A stretch of DNA of 64,000 nucleotides from an uncultured delta proteobacterium (GTDB lineage: Bacteria > Desulfobacterota > Syntrophorhabdia > Syntrophorhabdales > WCHB1-27), in NCBI GenBank assembly GCA_963810935.1, contig CAWEPK010000010.1, positions 1-64,000 on the forward strand, read 5' to 3'. The notes under the pieces were generated by a model, which was not told the origin of the DNA, ran no database searches, and saw only the letters and a program-made list of their open reading frames with translations. Shown in pieces: positions 21,046 through 31,779 of the stretch. Position 1 is the stretch's first letter. Each line of letters starts with the position of its first letter. The translations under genes and the position numbers were made by a program.

Positions 21046-22623
21046 CTATACGTGGTCCTTCCACAGGCCATACCGCTCGCGCAATATCCTGTGCAGGATC
21101 TTGCCCGCGCCGGAGCGCGGCATCTCCTCGTCCTTGATGAAATAGATGTTCTTGGGGACTTTGAAACCGGCGATCTTGCCCTTGCAGTGGGCCTGGATCT
21201 CCTGGGGCGTCGAGGTCTGCCCCTCGTGGAGCACGATCACCGCCGTCACCTGCTCGCCCCATTTCTCGTGAGGCACGCCGATAACCGCCACGTCCTTCAC
21301 CTTCTCGAAGCCGCCCACGCAGTTCTCCACTTCCGACGGGAAGATGTTCTCGCCGCCGGAGATGATCATATTGGCCTTCCTGTCGACGAGGTAGATGTAG
21401 CCTTCCTCATCCCTCATGCCCATGTCGCCCGCGCTGAAGTACTCACCCTTCATGGCAGCCGCCGTCTTCTCGGGCTCCTTCCAGTAGCCCTCGAACAGCA
21501 TCGGGCTGCGCGAGTACAGCTCACCGACTACGTTCGGCTCGGTGACGAGCTTGCCGTCTTCATCATAGAACTTGATAACGTCGGACCCGATCACCTCCCT
21601 GCCGCAGGAACCGAGCTTTGTCAACTGCTCATTGGGCTTCAGTATGGTCACTATGCCCGCTTCCGTCGACCCGTAAGCCTCGTCGAGCTGCGAGTTGGGG
21701 AACATCTTGAGGACTCCGAGCTTCGTATCCTTTCTCGCAGGCGCGGAAGAGATGAGCAGTTTTTTGATAGTCGTGAGGTCGTATTTCTTCTTCACCTCGT
21801 CGGGAAGGGCGAGCATCATGATGTAATGCGTAGGGACGAGGGACGTAAAAGTGACCTTATGGTCGGAAAACGTTTTGAGCAGGTCTTCCGGGTTGAAGCT
21901 CACCATGTTGTAGCACATGACCGTGCCGCCCACCCAGGTGGCCACGAACGAATAGAAGAGCGAGTTGACGTGGCAGCAGGGCATGACCAGCAGGTTGACG
22001 TCGTTAAAGTCGAACTGGTGGTCGAAGATCGAGATAAAATACTGGGCAAAGAGCGAGGCGTGCGTCTTCATGACGCCTTTGGGCTTGCCCGTGGTGCCGC
22101 CCGTGTACATGATGACCCAGATGTCTTCCGAGCTCACTCGCGTGGCCGGCTCCTCGGGGCTTGCCTTCGCCAGGACGTCCTCATACGGGAGGAAACCGTC
22201 GAACTTCGGGTTCTCCACGCCGAACGAGATATAGGTCTTAACCGTCGACAGGCTTTTCTTCATGCCGTTGACGTGTTCTACCCACTGGTCCTGGACGATG
22301 AAGGCCTTCGCCTCGCAGTGGTTGACGATGTATTCCATCTCCGGGCCGGACAGCCGGAACATGATGGGGACGCAAACGAAGCCGCCCTTCGCCGCGGCCG
22401 CATAGATCTCCATCCACTCTACGGCGTTGTAAGCAAGCGCGGCGAACCTGTCCCCTTTAACCAGGCCCTGCGCCGCCAACGCGTTCGCAAGCCGGCAGGA
22501 ACGCTCATCCCATTGCTTGTACGTGAACGACTTGTTCAGGTCCTTGATGGCGACCTTGTTAGGCCACTTGAAAGCGCCTACCCTCACTACGTCCTTTGCA
22601 GTCATCCAATTCCCAAGTTTCAT
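21046..22623 (-). CDS. AMP-dependent acyl-CoA synthetase
   Basis: YTGGTTGKPKG, YGSTE, AGD, DRKANMIISGGENI, PRSGAGKI. Confidence 0.93.
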   Translation of the reverse strand: MKLGNWMTAKDVVRVGAFKWPNKVAIKDLNKSFTYKQWDERSCRLANALAAQGLVKGDRFAALAYNAVEWMEIYAAAAKGGFVCVPIMFRLSGPEMEYIVNHCEAKAFIVQDQWVEHVNGMKKSLSTVKTYISFGVENPKFDGFLPYEDVLAKASPEEPATRVSSEDIWVIMYTGGTTGKPKGVMKTHASLFAQYFISIFDHQFDFNDVNLLVMPCCHVNSLFYSFVATWVGGTVMCYNMVSFNPEDLLKTFSDHKVTFTSLVPTHYIMMLALPDEVKKKYDLTTIKKLLISSAPARKDTKLGVLKMFPNSQLDEAYGSTEAGIVTILKPNEQLTKLGSCGREVIGSDVIKFYDEDGKLVTEPNVVGELYSRSPMLFEGYWKEPEKTAAAMKGEYFSAGDMGMRDEEGYIYLVDRKANMIISGGENIFPSEVENCVGGFEKVKDVAVIGVPHEKWGEQVTAVIVLHEGQTSTPQEIQAHCKGKIAGFKVPKNIYFIKDEEMPRSGAGKILHRILRERYGLWKDHV

Positions 22624-22652
22624 ACCAACCCCCTAAGTATAATTTTTGGATG

Positions 22653-23912
22653 CTACTCTACGAGCTCCAGAAGATGATGCACCTTCTGGGGCATTCCATT
22701 TTTATAGATATTGTCGATCAGGTTTATCATGCACCCCGGGCATGCCGTCACGACGATATCCGCTCCGGTCGCTTTTATGCCGTCCATCTTTTTTGCAGCG
22801 ATCTTCTTTGTAAGGTCGTAATGATAGACGCTGAAAGAACCGCCCATGCCGCAGCAAAGGTCGGCGTTCGGCGCCTCCACGTATTTGAGCCCTTTCAGGC
22901 CCTTCAATATGGCCCTCGGCTGGTCCTTGATGTTCTGGTACCTGACGAGGTGGCACGGATCGTGCCAGGTCGCCGTCTTGCCCTCGAACTCCTTCCGCAG
23001 GGTAAGCTCTTCCGGCTTGACCTTCAGCACGTCGATGATGAACTCCGTCGAGTCCTTGATCTTTTTCTCGAACTCGCCGTACCGCTTCTCCTGGTCCGGG
23101 TTGTCCGCCAGGTATTTCTTGTAGTCCTTCAGCGTGGAGCTGCATGTACCGCACGCAGTCACTATCGTGTCGACGCCCTCGAAGGCCTTTATGTTCTCAT
23201 CCGCCAGGCGGCGTCCCGTCTCGAAATCGCCGCCGAAGTAAACGGCCGCTCCGCAGCAGTTCTGCTCCTTCGGCACCACTACCTCGACACCCCTTTTGGT
23301 CAGGAAATCGATCATCTTCAGCCCAAGGTCCGGATAGACGAAATCGGTGGCGCAACCCATGAAGTAACCGACCTTCATCTTCGCCGGGCCTACAGCGGGA
23401 TAGAACGGCTTGACCCGGTCGCGGAGGAACGTTTTGGCTAAGGCCGGAAAGTTCCTTCCACCCAGCGACTTGATGAAATCCGGCAGGTGGCGCACGTTCC
23501 CTTCAGTCTTCGGGAGGAGCCACTGGAACGTCTGCATCAGCTTCGCGTAGCGCCCCATCGCTTTCCTGTCCGCCATCGCCTTGCGGTAGACAAACCCCTT
23601 GATCAGGCCGAGCCCCTTTTCCTTCACCATCTGGGCGCGGGCCGCCACAACGACCCTGTCTATCTGCGCCTTCGCCGGACAGTTGGCGACGCACCGCTTG
23701 CAGAGCAGGCACTTGCCGATGATCTCGGCCATCTCGGGGGTAAACTCCTGCTCCCCCCTCAAGATAAGCTTCGTCAGGTAGTTCTTGCCCCGCGCCACGG
23801 ACGTTTCCACTCTTTCTTCCTGGTAGACGGGACAGAAGAAGCTGCAGAAGCCGCACTTCATGCACTGGTCCGTAAATTGCTCGATCTTTTTCAGCTCCCT
23901 GAGATCTTTCAC
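22653..23912 (-). CDS. glcF: GlcF-like Fe-S oxidoreductase subunit (two 4Fe-4S motifs plus two CCG domains)
   Basis: CMKCGFCSFFCP, CLLCKRCVANCP, CCG, HDPCHL, CCGMGG, TACPGC. Confidence 0.85.
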   Translation of the reverse strand: MKDLRELKKIEQFTDQCMKCGFCSFFCPVYQEERVETSVARGKNYLTKLILRGEQEFTPEMAEIIGKCLLCKRCVANCPAKAQIDRVVVAARAQMVKEKGLGLIKGFVYRKAMADRKAMGRYAKLMQTFQWLLPKTEGNVRHLPDFIKSLGGRNFPALAKTFLRDRVKPFYPAVGPAKMKVGYFMGCATDFVYPDLGLKMIDFLTKRGVEVVVPKEQNCCGAAVYFGGDFETGRRLADENIKAFEGVDTIVTACGTCSSTLKDYKKYLADNPDQEKRYGEFEKKIKDSTEFIIDVLKVKPEELTLRKEFEGKTATWHDPCHLVRYQNIKDQPRAILKGLKGLKYVEAPNADLCCGMGGSFSVYHYDLTKKIAAKKMDGIKATGADIVVTACPGCMINLIDNIYKNGMPQKVHHLLELVE

Positions 23913-23922
23913 AAATAACCCC

Positions 23923-25302
23923 CTAATCCCAGATCTTGCCTGGATTCATTATATTGTTCGGGTCGAAGAGCGCCTTGATGCCCTTCATCATGTTGATGAC
24001 TACGGGGTCGGTCACCTTGTTGAAGAATTTCTGCTTCTCGAGGCCGATGCCGTGCTCGCCGGAGAGCACGCCGCCCAGCTCTACCGCGCCCATAATGATG
24101 TCCTCCATTGCGCCGGTCGCCCTCTTAAAGTGCTCCTTGTCGCTCATGTCCGTCATGATGGAGGGGTGAAGGTTGCCGTCGCCGGCGTGCCCGAGCACGG
24201 TGATCTCAACATTGTATTTCTTCGCAAGCTCTTTGCACTTGTTGATGAGATCGGGTATCCTGCCCCTCGGCACGGTCACGTCTTCGGCGAGAACGGTCTT
24301 CGCCTTTCCGAAGACTGCCGCGAAGCCCGCCCTTCGGGCAAGCCAGTACTTGTTCGCCTCGTCAACGGTCTGCGCGACCTTCACGTCCTTGGCCCCGTAC
24401 TTCTTCGTGATCTCGACGATCTTCTCGGTCTCCTTCTCCACCGCCTCGGCTATGCCGTCGCATTCGAAGAGGAGCACCGCGTCGGCGTCCTTCGGCAGGC
24501 CTATGGGCATCATCTCTTCGATCCTGTTGATAACCCAGTTGTCGATCAGCTCGATCTTACACGGGATGACCCCGTTTTCGAGTACCCTGAAAACGCTCTC
24601 GCCCGCGGTCGCCACGTCGTCATAGACGACGACTATCGTTTTCCTCGCCTGAGGCAGAGGAGATAGCTTAAGCTCCGCCTTGGTGATGACGCCCAGCGTG
24701 CCCTCGGCGCTGATGAAGATGTGGAGCAGGTCGTATCCGACGACGTTCTTCAGCGTCCTCCCGCCCAGGTTGACTATATCACCGGAAGGCATGACGACCT
24801 CGACGCCGAGGATATACTGCTTGGTAACGCCGTACTTGACGCAGGCAGGGCCGCCCGCGTTTTCCGATACGATGCCGCCCATTGTCGCGCCCAGGAAGCT
24901 CTGCGGGTCGGGCGGGAAGAAAAGACCGTCTTTCGCGAGCCGCAGCGTCAGGTCCTGGAGGACGACGCCCGGCTCAACGGTCGCCGTCAGGTTTTCCTTG
25001 TCGATCTTGAGTATCTTGTTCATCCGTGTCATGACCAGCGAGATGCCGCCCAGCCAGGGGACAGAGCCGCCGCTGACGTTGGTTCCGCCTCCCCTCGGCG
25101 TAACGGGTATCTTTTCCGCGTTCGCAATCTTGAGGATCGCCGAAACCTGGCTCGCGGTCGTCGGGAAGACGACAACGTCCGGCTTGTGTATCCAGTTCGT
25201 CGTCCCGTCGTATGAGTACGCCTTCAACGCCTCATCCGACGTAAGCACGTTTTCGTTACCTAGAATCTTCTTGAACTCGCTTATCAATGCTTCGTTGACC
25301 AT
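23923..25302 (-). CDS. glcD: GlcD-like FAD-linked 2-hydroxyacid dehydrogenase
   Basis: PRGGGTNVSGG, FFPPDP, KYGVT, AEGTLG, GHAGDGNLH, GEHGIG, NPGK. Confidence 0.88.
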   Translation of the reverse strand: MVNEALISEFKKILGNENVLTSDEALKAYSYDGTTNWIHKPDVVVFPTTASQVSAILKIANAEKIPVTPRGGGTNVSGGSVPWLGGISLVMTRMNKILKIDKENLTATVEPGVVLQDLTLRLAKDGLFFPPDPQSFLGATMGGIVSENAGGPACVKYGVTKQYILGVEVVMPSGDIVNLGGRTLKNVVGYDLLHIFISAEGTLGVITKAELKLSPLPQARKTIVVVYDDVATAGESVFRVLENGVIPCKIELIDNWVINRIEEMMPIGLPKDADAVLLFECDGIAEAVEKETEKIVEITKKYGAKDVKVAQTVDEANKYWLARRAGFAAVFGKAKTVLAEDVTVPRGRIPDLINKCKELAKKYNVEITVLGHAGDGNLHPSIMTDMSDKEHFKRATGAMEDIIMGAVELGGVLSGEHGIGLEKQKFFNKVTDPVVINMMKGIKALFDPNNIMNPGKIWD

Positions 25303-25507
25303 TGCAAACCCCCATGCATTGTTATTGGGGCCCGAGTCCCCATCATGCGATCTTCGCCCCGGCGGGCGCCCGCGCGCTTACGGGCCGTTCGCCCGCGGGT
25401 TATAACCTCTTTGCCAGAAGAAGAGGCGTTGCCGGCCATACAATTTCTATCCGCCTGCCGACTCTCTAACAACCTTATAACGCTTTTTCAGCAAACAAGC
25501 GTCCGGC

Positions 25508-27106
25508 TTATGAAGATTTCTTGAACTCCTTCTCCATCGCGTCCTTCGCGGGCTTCACGTACATATCGCGAAGCTTCGGCTTCTCGATTTTCCCGGACGG
25601 GTTGCGCGGCACAGGCGCCAGCACGACCTTTTCCGGCCACTTGTACTTCGCGAGGCCGCGCTCTTTTATAAAGTTTATCACTTCTTCTTCCGTAAGTATC
25701 TCATCAGGCCTCGCCTGGACGATTGCCATTACGATCTCGACGAGCCTCGGGTGCGGGTAGCCGAGCACGGCCACGTCCTGGATCTTCGGGTGCTTTCGCA
25801 GCACGTCCTCGATCTCGGCCGGGAATATATTCTCCCCGCCCCTGATGATGAGGTCCTTGGCCCGGTCTGCGAAGAAAACAAAGCCTTCTTCGTCCTTGTA
25901 AGCGAGGTCCCCGGTATGGAGCCAGCCGTCGGTGATTGTTTTTGAGGTCATTTCAGGGTTGAAGGCATATTCCTTCATAAGCCTCGGGCCCTTGAGCAGC
26001 AGTTCTCCCACGGCGTCGGCGGGCATCTCTTTCCCGTCCGAATCGACCACCTTCGCCTCCATGAAGGCCGTCGCCTTGCCGATGGAGCCGGGCTTCCTCA
26101 TAATGTCGTCATCGTAGCAGTTGAGCGTCCCGCCGCCGCCCCCTTCGGTAATGCCGTATATATTGGAGATAGGCAGGCCGGGGAATATCTTCTTCGAGTC
26201 TTCGAGGAGCGCGTACGGCACGGGCTGCGCCCCTATCTCGATGTGGCCCAGACGGGAGAGATCGTAATCCTTGAGGTTGATCTTGCCGGACTTGATGGCC
26301 GCCAGGAGGTCGGCCCACGTCGGGACGGTGTTCCAGCCGCCCGTGCACCCCTCGTCCGCCATGGTCCGGAGGTAGTTCTCCGGCTGAAGCTCCATGGGCA
26401 TGAGGATCTTTCCAGCGGCTATAAAGCAAGGGAAGGACAGGAAGAGCGTTCCGCTGTGGTAGAACGGATGGGGCGACAGGTAGACGCTCATGTGGCCCAG
26501 GTTATAGGTAAGGGCGTTCCCTATGCCTATCCAGAACAGGGTGCCGTGCGTGTGGGAGACGGGTTTAGGCGCGCCCGTGGTGCCGGAGGTGAACATCAGC
26601 TCCGCCATATCGTCGTCTGCCATGTCGACGAGGACCGGCCTGTCCTTGCCGCTTTCCATGATGTCGCTGTAGGACTTCATACCGGCCGGGGCCTTGCCCC
26701 CCACGCAGATGTACTGGCTGCAATAAGTCATCTCCTGTCTGATCGGCTCGACCCTTCCGACGAACCCATCGCCCAGGATAAAAACCTTGCTCTTTGTCAC
26801 GTCGCAGGCATACTTGATATCGCCGCTTGCGAACCGGAAGTTAAGGGGGCTGATGACTGCCCCTGCCTTAAGGACCGCCATGTATGTGATGTACCACTCG
26901 ATGCTGTTGAGCATCAGGTGCTGGACAACGTCGCCCTTCTTGATCCCGCACTCGTCGATGAGGTAGTTCGCTACCTTGTTGGTATCCTCTTCGAGCTTCT
27001 TCCAGGTGAGCGCTCTGCGTGTCTTGGTCGATGGATAGCTTTCGATCAAAAATTCCCTTTCCGGAAATTTGCTTGCATTAAGACGGCAAAAACTCGAAAA
27101 ATTCAT
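25508..27106 (-). CDS. AMP-dependent acyl-CoA synthetase
   Basis: FTSGTTGAPK, YGITE, WLHTGD, RGGENI, PRNPSGKI; TTG start. Confidence 0.92.
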   Translation of the reverse strand: MNFSSFCRLNASKFPEREFLIESYPSTKTRRALTWKKLEEDTNKVANYLIDECGIKKGDVVQHLMLNSIEWYITYMAVLKAGAVISPLNFRFASGDIKYACDVTKSKVFILGDGFVGRVEPIRQEMTYCSQYICVGGKAPAGMKSYSDIMESGKDRPVLVDMADDDMAELMFTSGTTGAPKPVSHTHGTLFWIGIGNALTYNLGHMSVYLSPHPFYHSGTLFLSFPCFIAAGKILMPMELQPENYLRTMADEGCTGGWNTVPTWADLLAAIKSGKINLKDYDLSRLGHIEIGAQPVPYALLEDSKKIFPGLPISNIYGITEGGGGGTLNCYDDDIMRKPGSIGKATAFMEAKVVDSDGKEMPADAVGELLLKGPRLMKEYAFNPEMTSKTITDGWLHTGDLAYKDEEGFVFFADRAKDLIIRGGENIFPAEIEDVLRKHPKIQDVAVLGYPHPRLVEIVMAIVQARPDEILTEEEVINFIKERGLAKYKWPEKVVLAPVPRNPSGKIEKPKLRDMYVKPAKDAMEKEFKKSS

Positions 27107-27143
27107 TGACCCCCCCTTGTGCTGTTTTTTACGCGCACTTCAG

Positions 27144-27171
27144 GCGGGTGGGCCGCGAACGGCCCACCCGC
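27144..27171. other. GC-rich stem-loop flanking the tandem array
   Basis: GCGGGTGGGCC-GCGAAC-GGCCCACCCGC perfect 11-bp stem. Confidence 0.6.
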
Positions 27172-27183
27172 TTAAGGACTTGC

Positions 27184-27603
27184 CATTACCGGGGCTCGCG
27201 TCGCCCCCTCTCGCCGGGGTACCCGCTTCAGCGGGTCGTTCCCCTCATAAAGAGGATGAAGAAGCATTGCTATATCGCTTCCTTCCCCATCGCAATTACC
27301 GGGGCTAGCGTCGCCCCCTCCACGAGCAAAGCTCGCGGAGCCTTCCCCTCATAAAGAGGATGAAGAAGCATTGCTATATCGCTTCCTTCCCCATCGCAAT
27401 TACCGGGGCTAGCGTCGCCCCCTCCACGAGCAAAGCTCGCGGAGCCTTCCCCTCATAAAGAGGATGAAGAAGCATTGCTATATCGCTTCCTTCCCCATCG
27501 CAATTACTGGGGCTAGCGTCGCCCCCTCCACGAGCAAAGCTCGCGGAGCCTTCCCCTCATAAAGAGGATGAAGAAGCATTGCTATATCGCTTCCTTCCCC
27601 ATC
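27184..27603. repeat. Tandem array, 104-bp period (77-bp REP-like element plus a copy of the iorB 3' end); three near-identical units and one diverged unit
   Basis: CCCCTCATAAAGAGG recurs at 27241, 27345, 27449, 27553; CTATATCGCTTCCTTCCCCATC at 27270, 27374, 27478, 27582. Confidence 0.95.
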
Positions 27604-28175
27604 TCGAATGCCTTGATGTTCAGCTCGTGTATCTTGGCGGGGAGAAGGTCTGTAAGGGCCCTTACCCACATGTCTTTTTTGATCTCCGGGAAGAACTTGG
27701 AGAAGGCGCCGACCAGGACGACATTGGCGGCCTGGGCGTTCCCGAGGGAAACGGCCATCTCCTGCCCTTTGACCACGTGCACGTTCCCGTTGAAGAACTT
27801 TTTGAACGTCTCCGGTATGTTCTCCGGGTACTTAGCCAGGCCCAGGTTAACGCCCGGGGGCAGTATCTTCTGCTCGTTGATGACTATCTTTGCGCCATCC
27901 TTGCAGTAGTTTATGTACCTCAGCGCCTCCAGAAGCTCGAAGGCAAGGAGGAAATCGACGTCTCCGTACTTGATCAGCGGCGAATAGACTTTCTTCCCGT
28001 AGCGGAAATGCGTGGTCACGTCGCCGCCCCTCTGGGCCATGCCGTGAACCTCGCTCTTCTTGACGTCGTAGCCCGCCTCGACAAACACGTGCGCCAGGAT
28101 GTTGCTCGCCAGTATCGCCCCCTGTCCGCCCACGCCCGAAAGCAATATGTTGGTGACTTTGTCGGTCTTCTTCAT
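27582..28175 (-). CDS. iorB: Indolepyruvate:ferredoxin oxidoreductase beta subunit
   Basis: GVGGQG, SEVHGMAQRGG, ANVVLVGA, NIKAFEMG; TGATG overlap with iorA. Confidence 0.93.
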   Translation of the reverse strand: MKKTDKVTNILLSGVGGQGAILASNILAHVFVEAGYDVKKSEVHGMAQRGGDVTTHFRYGKKVYSPLIKYGDVDFLLAFELLEALRYINYCKDGAKIVINEQKILPPGVNLGLAKYPENIPETFKKFFNGNVHVVKGQEMAVSLGNAQAANVVLVGAFSKFFPEIKKDMWVRALTDLLPAKIHELNIKAFEMGKEAI

Positions 28176-29980
28176 CACGCACCTGCCTTTCCTGGAAGTA
28201 TTGACTCGAACTTGCAGACCTGCGCGCAGAGGCCGCAGCCGGGGCACTGAAGCCTGTTGATCGAGACTGTCCCTTTTCTCTTTTTGCCGTCCTTGGTAGT
28301 ACCCTCTTTCTCGACCCAGCTTATCGCGGGGCAGCCCAGCTCGAGGCACAGCTTGCATCCGCGACATGCCTCGGTATCGATGAAGTAGAAGGGGTGCTCG
28401 AACTTCCTTTTCTCCCTCCTGTGCAGCATGCAGGGGCCGTTCTGGGTGATTACGACCGAGGCCGCGTCCCTGTTCATCTCTTCCTTCAGGGTCTCCATCG
28501 TCGCCTTGACGTTGTACGGGTCGATCTTGGCTATATGCTTTACGCCGAGCCCCCGCACAAGCTGCTCGTAGTTCACCATGTTCGACGGCTCGCCTTTCAG
28601 CGTGAAGCCCGTGCCCGCGTGCTCCTGCAGGCCGGTCATACCGGTCGTCCTGTTGTCCAGAATAATAGAGGTGGCGTACCCGCCGTTATAGACGGTGTCC
28701 ATGAGCGGGCCGATGCCGCTGTGGAGGAAGGTGGAGTCGCCGATGACCGCGCACATCTTGCCGAGGCCCTCATTCCCCATCGCCTTGCCCGCGCCGTAAG
28801 CCTGGCCGATGCTTGCGCCCATGCAGACGCACGCGTGGAGCGCCTGGAGGGGCGGGGCCGTGCCCAGCGTGTAGCAGCCTATGTCTCCGAAAACGAATGT
28901 GCCTAGCTTCTTGAGCGCGTAAAACAACGCCCTGTGCGAGCAGCCGGGACACATGTTCGGCGGCCTGCGGGGCAGGTCTTCCGGCTTAACGCGTACGGCC
29001 GGCTCCTTGTATTTCTTGCCTGTCAGAGACTTCTCGACGATCTCGGGCGACAGCTCGTACATGTTCGGAATAAGGTCCTTCCCGTGGAAGACCTTGAAGC
29101 CCAGCGCCTTGATCTCCGTCTCCAGGAACGGGTCGAGCTCCTCGACGACGATCACCTTCTTCACCTTCTTATAGAAGTCGGCGATCATCTTCTTCGGAAG
29201 GGGCCAGACCATGCCCAGCTTCAGGTAGGAGTAATTGGGAAAGGCGTCTTTCGTGTACATGTAAGCTGCGCCGGCCGTGATTACCCCTATCGATGGGTCG
29301 TTGATCTCCATCTTGTTGTAGGAGAACTTGTCGGCGTACTCCTCCAGCTTTCTCATCCGCTCCTCGATGACCTTTCTTCTTACGCGGACGTTGGCCGGGA
29401 CCATGACGTACTTGGTCGACTCTTTCTGGTCTAGGCCCATGGCCACCTTGGATTCCTTCCTGTCCTTGAGGTCCACGATGGAATCCGAGTGCGACACCCT
29501 GGTCTCACCTTTGAGCAGCACCGGCGTGTCGAACTTCTCGCTGATGTCGAAGGCGATCTTGGTGTAGTCCTTGCACTCCTGCGCGTCGCCGGGCTCCAGC
29601 ATGGGCACCTTGGCGAAGCGCGCCCAGTTCCTGGAATCCTGCTCGTTCTGCGAGCTGTGAACGTTCGGGTCGTCCGCCACGACTATCACGAACCCGCCCT
29701 TTACGCCCGTGTAGGCGAGCGTCATGAACGGGTCGGAGGCCACGTTCAGGCCGACGTGCTTCATGCATGCCATGGCCCTCGCACCCGCGATTGCAGCACC
29801 CGAGGCAAACTCGACCGCAACCTTTTCATTGGGCGACCACTGCGCCTTGATCTCCTTGTACTTGGCGATCTCGGCGAGGATCTCGCTGCTCGGGGTGCCG
29901 GGATACGCGGCGGCTACGGTTACCCCCGCCTCCCAGGCGCCTCTCGCTATCGCTTCGTTTCCTTGTAAAACTTTCTTCAT
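28175..29980 (-). CDS. iorA: Indolepyruvate:ferredoxin oxidoreductase alpha subunit
   Basis: GNEAIARGA, YPGTPSSE, MKHVGLNVA, MCPGCSHR, GDIGCY, GDSTF, C-terminal ferredoxin motifs. Confidence 0.95.
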   Translation of the reverse strand: MKKVLQGNEAIARGAWEAGVTVAAAYPGTPSSEILAEIAKYKEIKAQWSPNEKVAVEFASGAAIAGARAMACMKHVGLNVASDPFMTLAYTGVKGGFVIVVADDPNVHSSQNEQDSRNWARFAKVPMLEPGDAQECKDYTKIAFDISEKFDTPVLLKGETRVSHSDSIVDLKDRKESKVAMGLDQKESTKYVMVPANVRVRRKVIEERMRKLEEYADKFSYNKMEINDPSIGVITAGAAYMYTKDAFPNYSYLKLGMVWPLPKKMIADFYKKVKKVIVVEELDPFLETEIKALGFKVFHGKDLIPNMYELSPEIVEKSLTGKKYKEPAVRVKPEDLPRRPPNMCPGCSHRALFYALKKLGTFVFGDIGCYTLGTAPPLQALHACVCMGASIGQAYGAGKAMGNEGLGKMCAVIGDSTFLHSGIGPLMDTVYNGGYATSIILDNRTTGMTGLQEHAGTGFTLKGEPSNMVNYEQLVRGLGVKHIAKIDPYNVKATMETLKEEMNRDAASVVITQNGPCMLHRREKRKFEHPFYFIDTEACRGCKLCLELGCPAISWVEKEGTTKDGKKRKGTVSINRLQCPGCGLCAQVCKFESILPGKAGA

Positions 29981-30193
29981 AATGGATTCCCCCTATCCGG
30001 CGCAATGCCTGTTTTATTGTCAGCCGGAGCCCTCTATAGCCCCTGCTTTGTATACAATGCCAAAAGGCCGTTCGTCAACTGTCTCGTGGGACTACCCGGA
30101 CTATTTTGTCCGGGTAGTCCCTGTAAAACATCTGTTTCTATGTTTGTCTTCCGCTCATTAAATGCAGACTTTGCCCTGCTGGTGCTCTCCTTC

Positions 30194-31779
30194 TCATGCT
30201 GCCTTTGCCGAACGGGCCTTAGCTTTCGAAGGGAACAGCTTCTCTATCAGTTGTACGGACGGCGGCTTCGAGATAAGGCTGCCGCCGAAGTAAAGGACGG
30301 CACAGCCGCCGATCAGTATCCATTCCATGGTACCCATGCCGAGAAGCGCCGGCTTCCTCCCGAGCACTGCCCAGCCGCCCCATAAGGTCGCAGCCGTGCC
30401 GTAAATAACGGTGAGGATCGCCCCCACCTTGGTAGCCCGCTTCCAGTAATAGGAGACCACGGTAACGAAGACAAAGACCGCACCGAGTCCCATTGCGGCC
30501 AGCCCCATGAATACGGCGAGAAGCGCCGGGGGCCGCTGCAGGGTAAAATAGTACGGCAGGAAGAGGAAAATGGCTATCAGGACGTAGCCAAGGTAAAGCA
30601 TGGACTTGTCGGAAACCTGCGGCGCCCATAGCTTTATTATGTCCCTGGTCACGTTTGCGCTCATGATGAAAACCATCGCGGAAAGGGTCCCGAGCGCTGC
30701 TCCGACCAGACCCGTCAGGTAAACGGACAAAAGCGGGCTGCCGCCCACGGCCCAGGCGAGCATGGGGGCCGAGAGGTCTGCGCCCCACTGTTTGTTGGCC
30801 AGAAGGTTGGTCCCGAAGATCATGCGCGCCACCAGCCCGTTGCTGGAGCAGTCGAGCATAACCGGAATACCCGCCGTCATCCAGACGACGAAGCAAAGCA
30901 GGATGAACTCTCTCTTGTTCAGCTTCTTCATGCCGAGGAACCGGCTCACGTTATGAGGGAAGCCGACAGACATCGTGAAGAAAATGACGGGCGTCGCCAT
31001 GATCCCCACCCAACTCGAGAGAGCTGCGTCATGCCTACTTTTGGAAGGGTCGGGTCTATAAGGGCCATGAGGTTCGGCTTCTGAGCCATCAAGGCGTGTG
31101 AGATGCTGCCGAAACCGCCCGCCCAGATAAGCGCCCAGAGACCGAGGACCGCGCCGACGAGGCCCAGGAAGGCGCCCTTCACGGCGATGAACCACTGCGT
31201 GCCCATGTAGCCGCCGAGGATCAGGAACAGCCAGGCGATGATGACTGCGATAAGAAGACACCAGACTGCAGGCAGGCCCGTGACTGCGTACCAGACCGTT
31301 CCGGCCGCCTTGAGCTGGCCTACCGAATACATGAAAAGGAAGAAGAGCATACAGACGGCTATCAGGGTCTGGAGGCCCTTTGACTCAAAGCGTCTGCCGA
31401 TCGTCTCGGTGATCGTGGCCGCGCCCAGCTTCTGGGCGAAGTCCCTCGTTTTGGTTGCGGCGAGCCAGACAGTCGGGATGATACCGACCAGCGTCCAGAT
31501 GCCTGCAAACCACATCCCCGGGAAACCGACGGTATAAACGACCGCCGTGCTGCCGCAGAAAGCCCAACCCGATATGTAGGAGCCGGTGAGGGCCAGTCCC
31601 GTAACCCACGGGCCTATGTCCCTCTTCCCAACGAGATATTCATCGAAGGATTTCCACTGTTTCTTCGCTACGGCACCCAGAAAAATTGCTACTGCGAGAA
31701 GGCAGGCAACGCCGATGATTGCTCCAACGATCATACCTGCGGTCGGCTCGGGAATATTGAGAAATTTCGTTGGATTCAT
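30194..31779 (-). pseudogene. Sodium:solute symporter (SSS family), one frameshift near 31018
   Basis: EYLVGKRDIG, ISGWAFCG, TITETIGRRF, YSVGQL in one frame; PHNVSRF, SANVTRD, YWKRAT in the other; one added base at CTC-TCT-CGA joins them. Confidence 0.85.

Noticed and set aside
27184..27603. CRISPR array
   Set aside because: The 'spacers' are identical and derive from the iorB end, the repeat is 77 bp, and no cas genes are present.
27582..28367. 261-aa extended iorB from the ORF track
   Set aside because: The extension overlaps the iorA ferredoxin domain; the ATG at 28175 fits a TGATG coupling.
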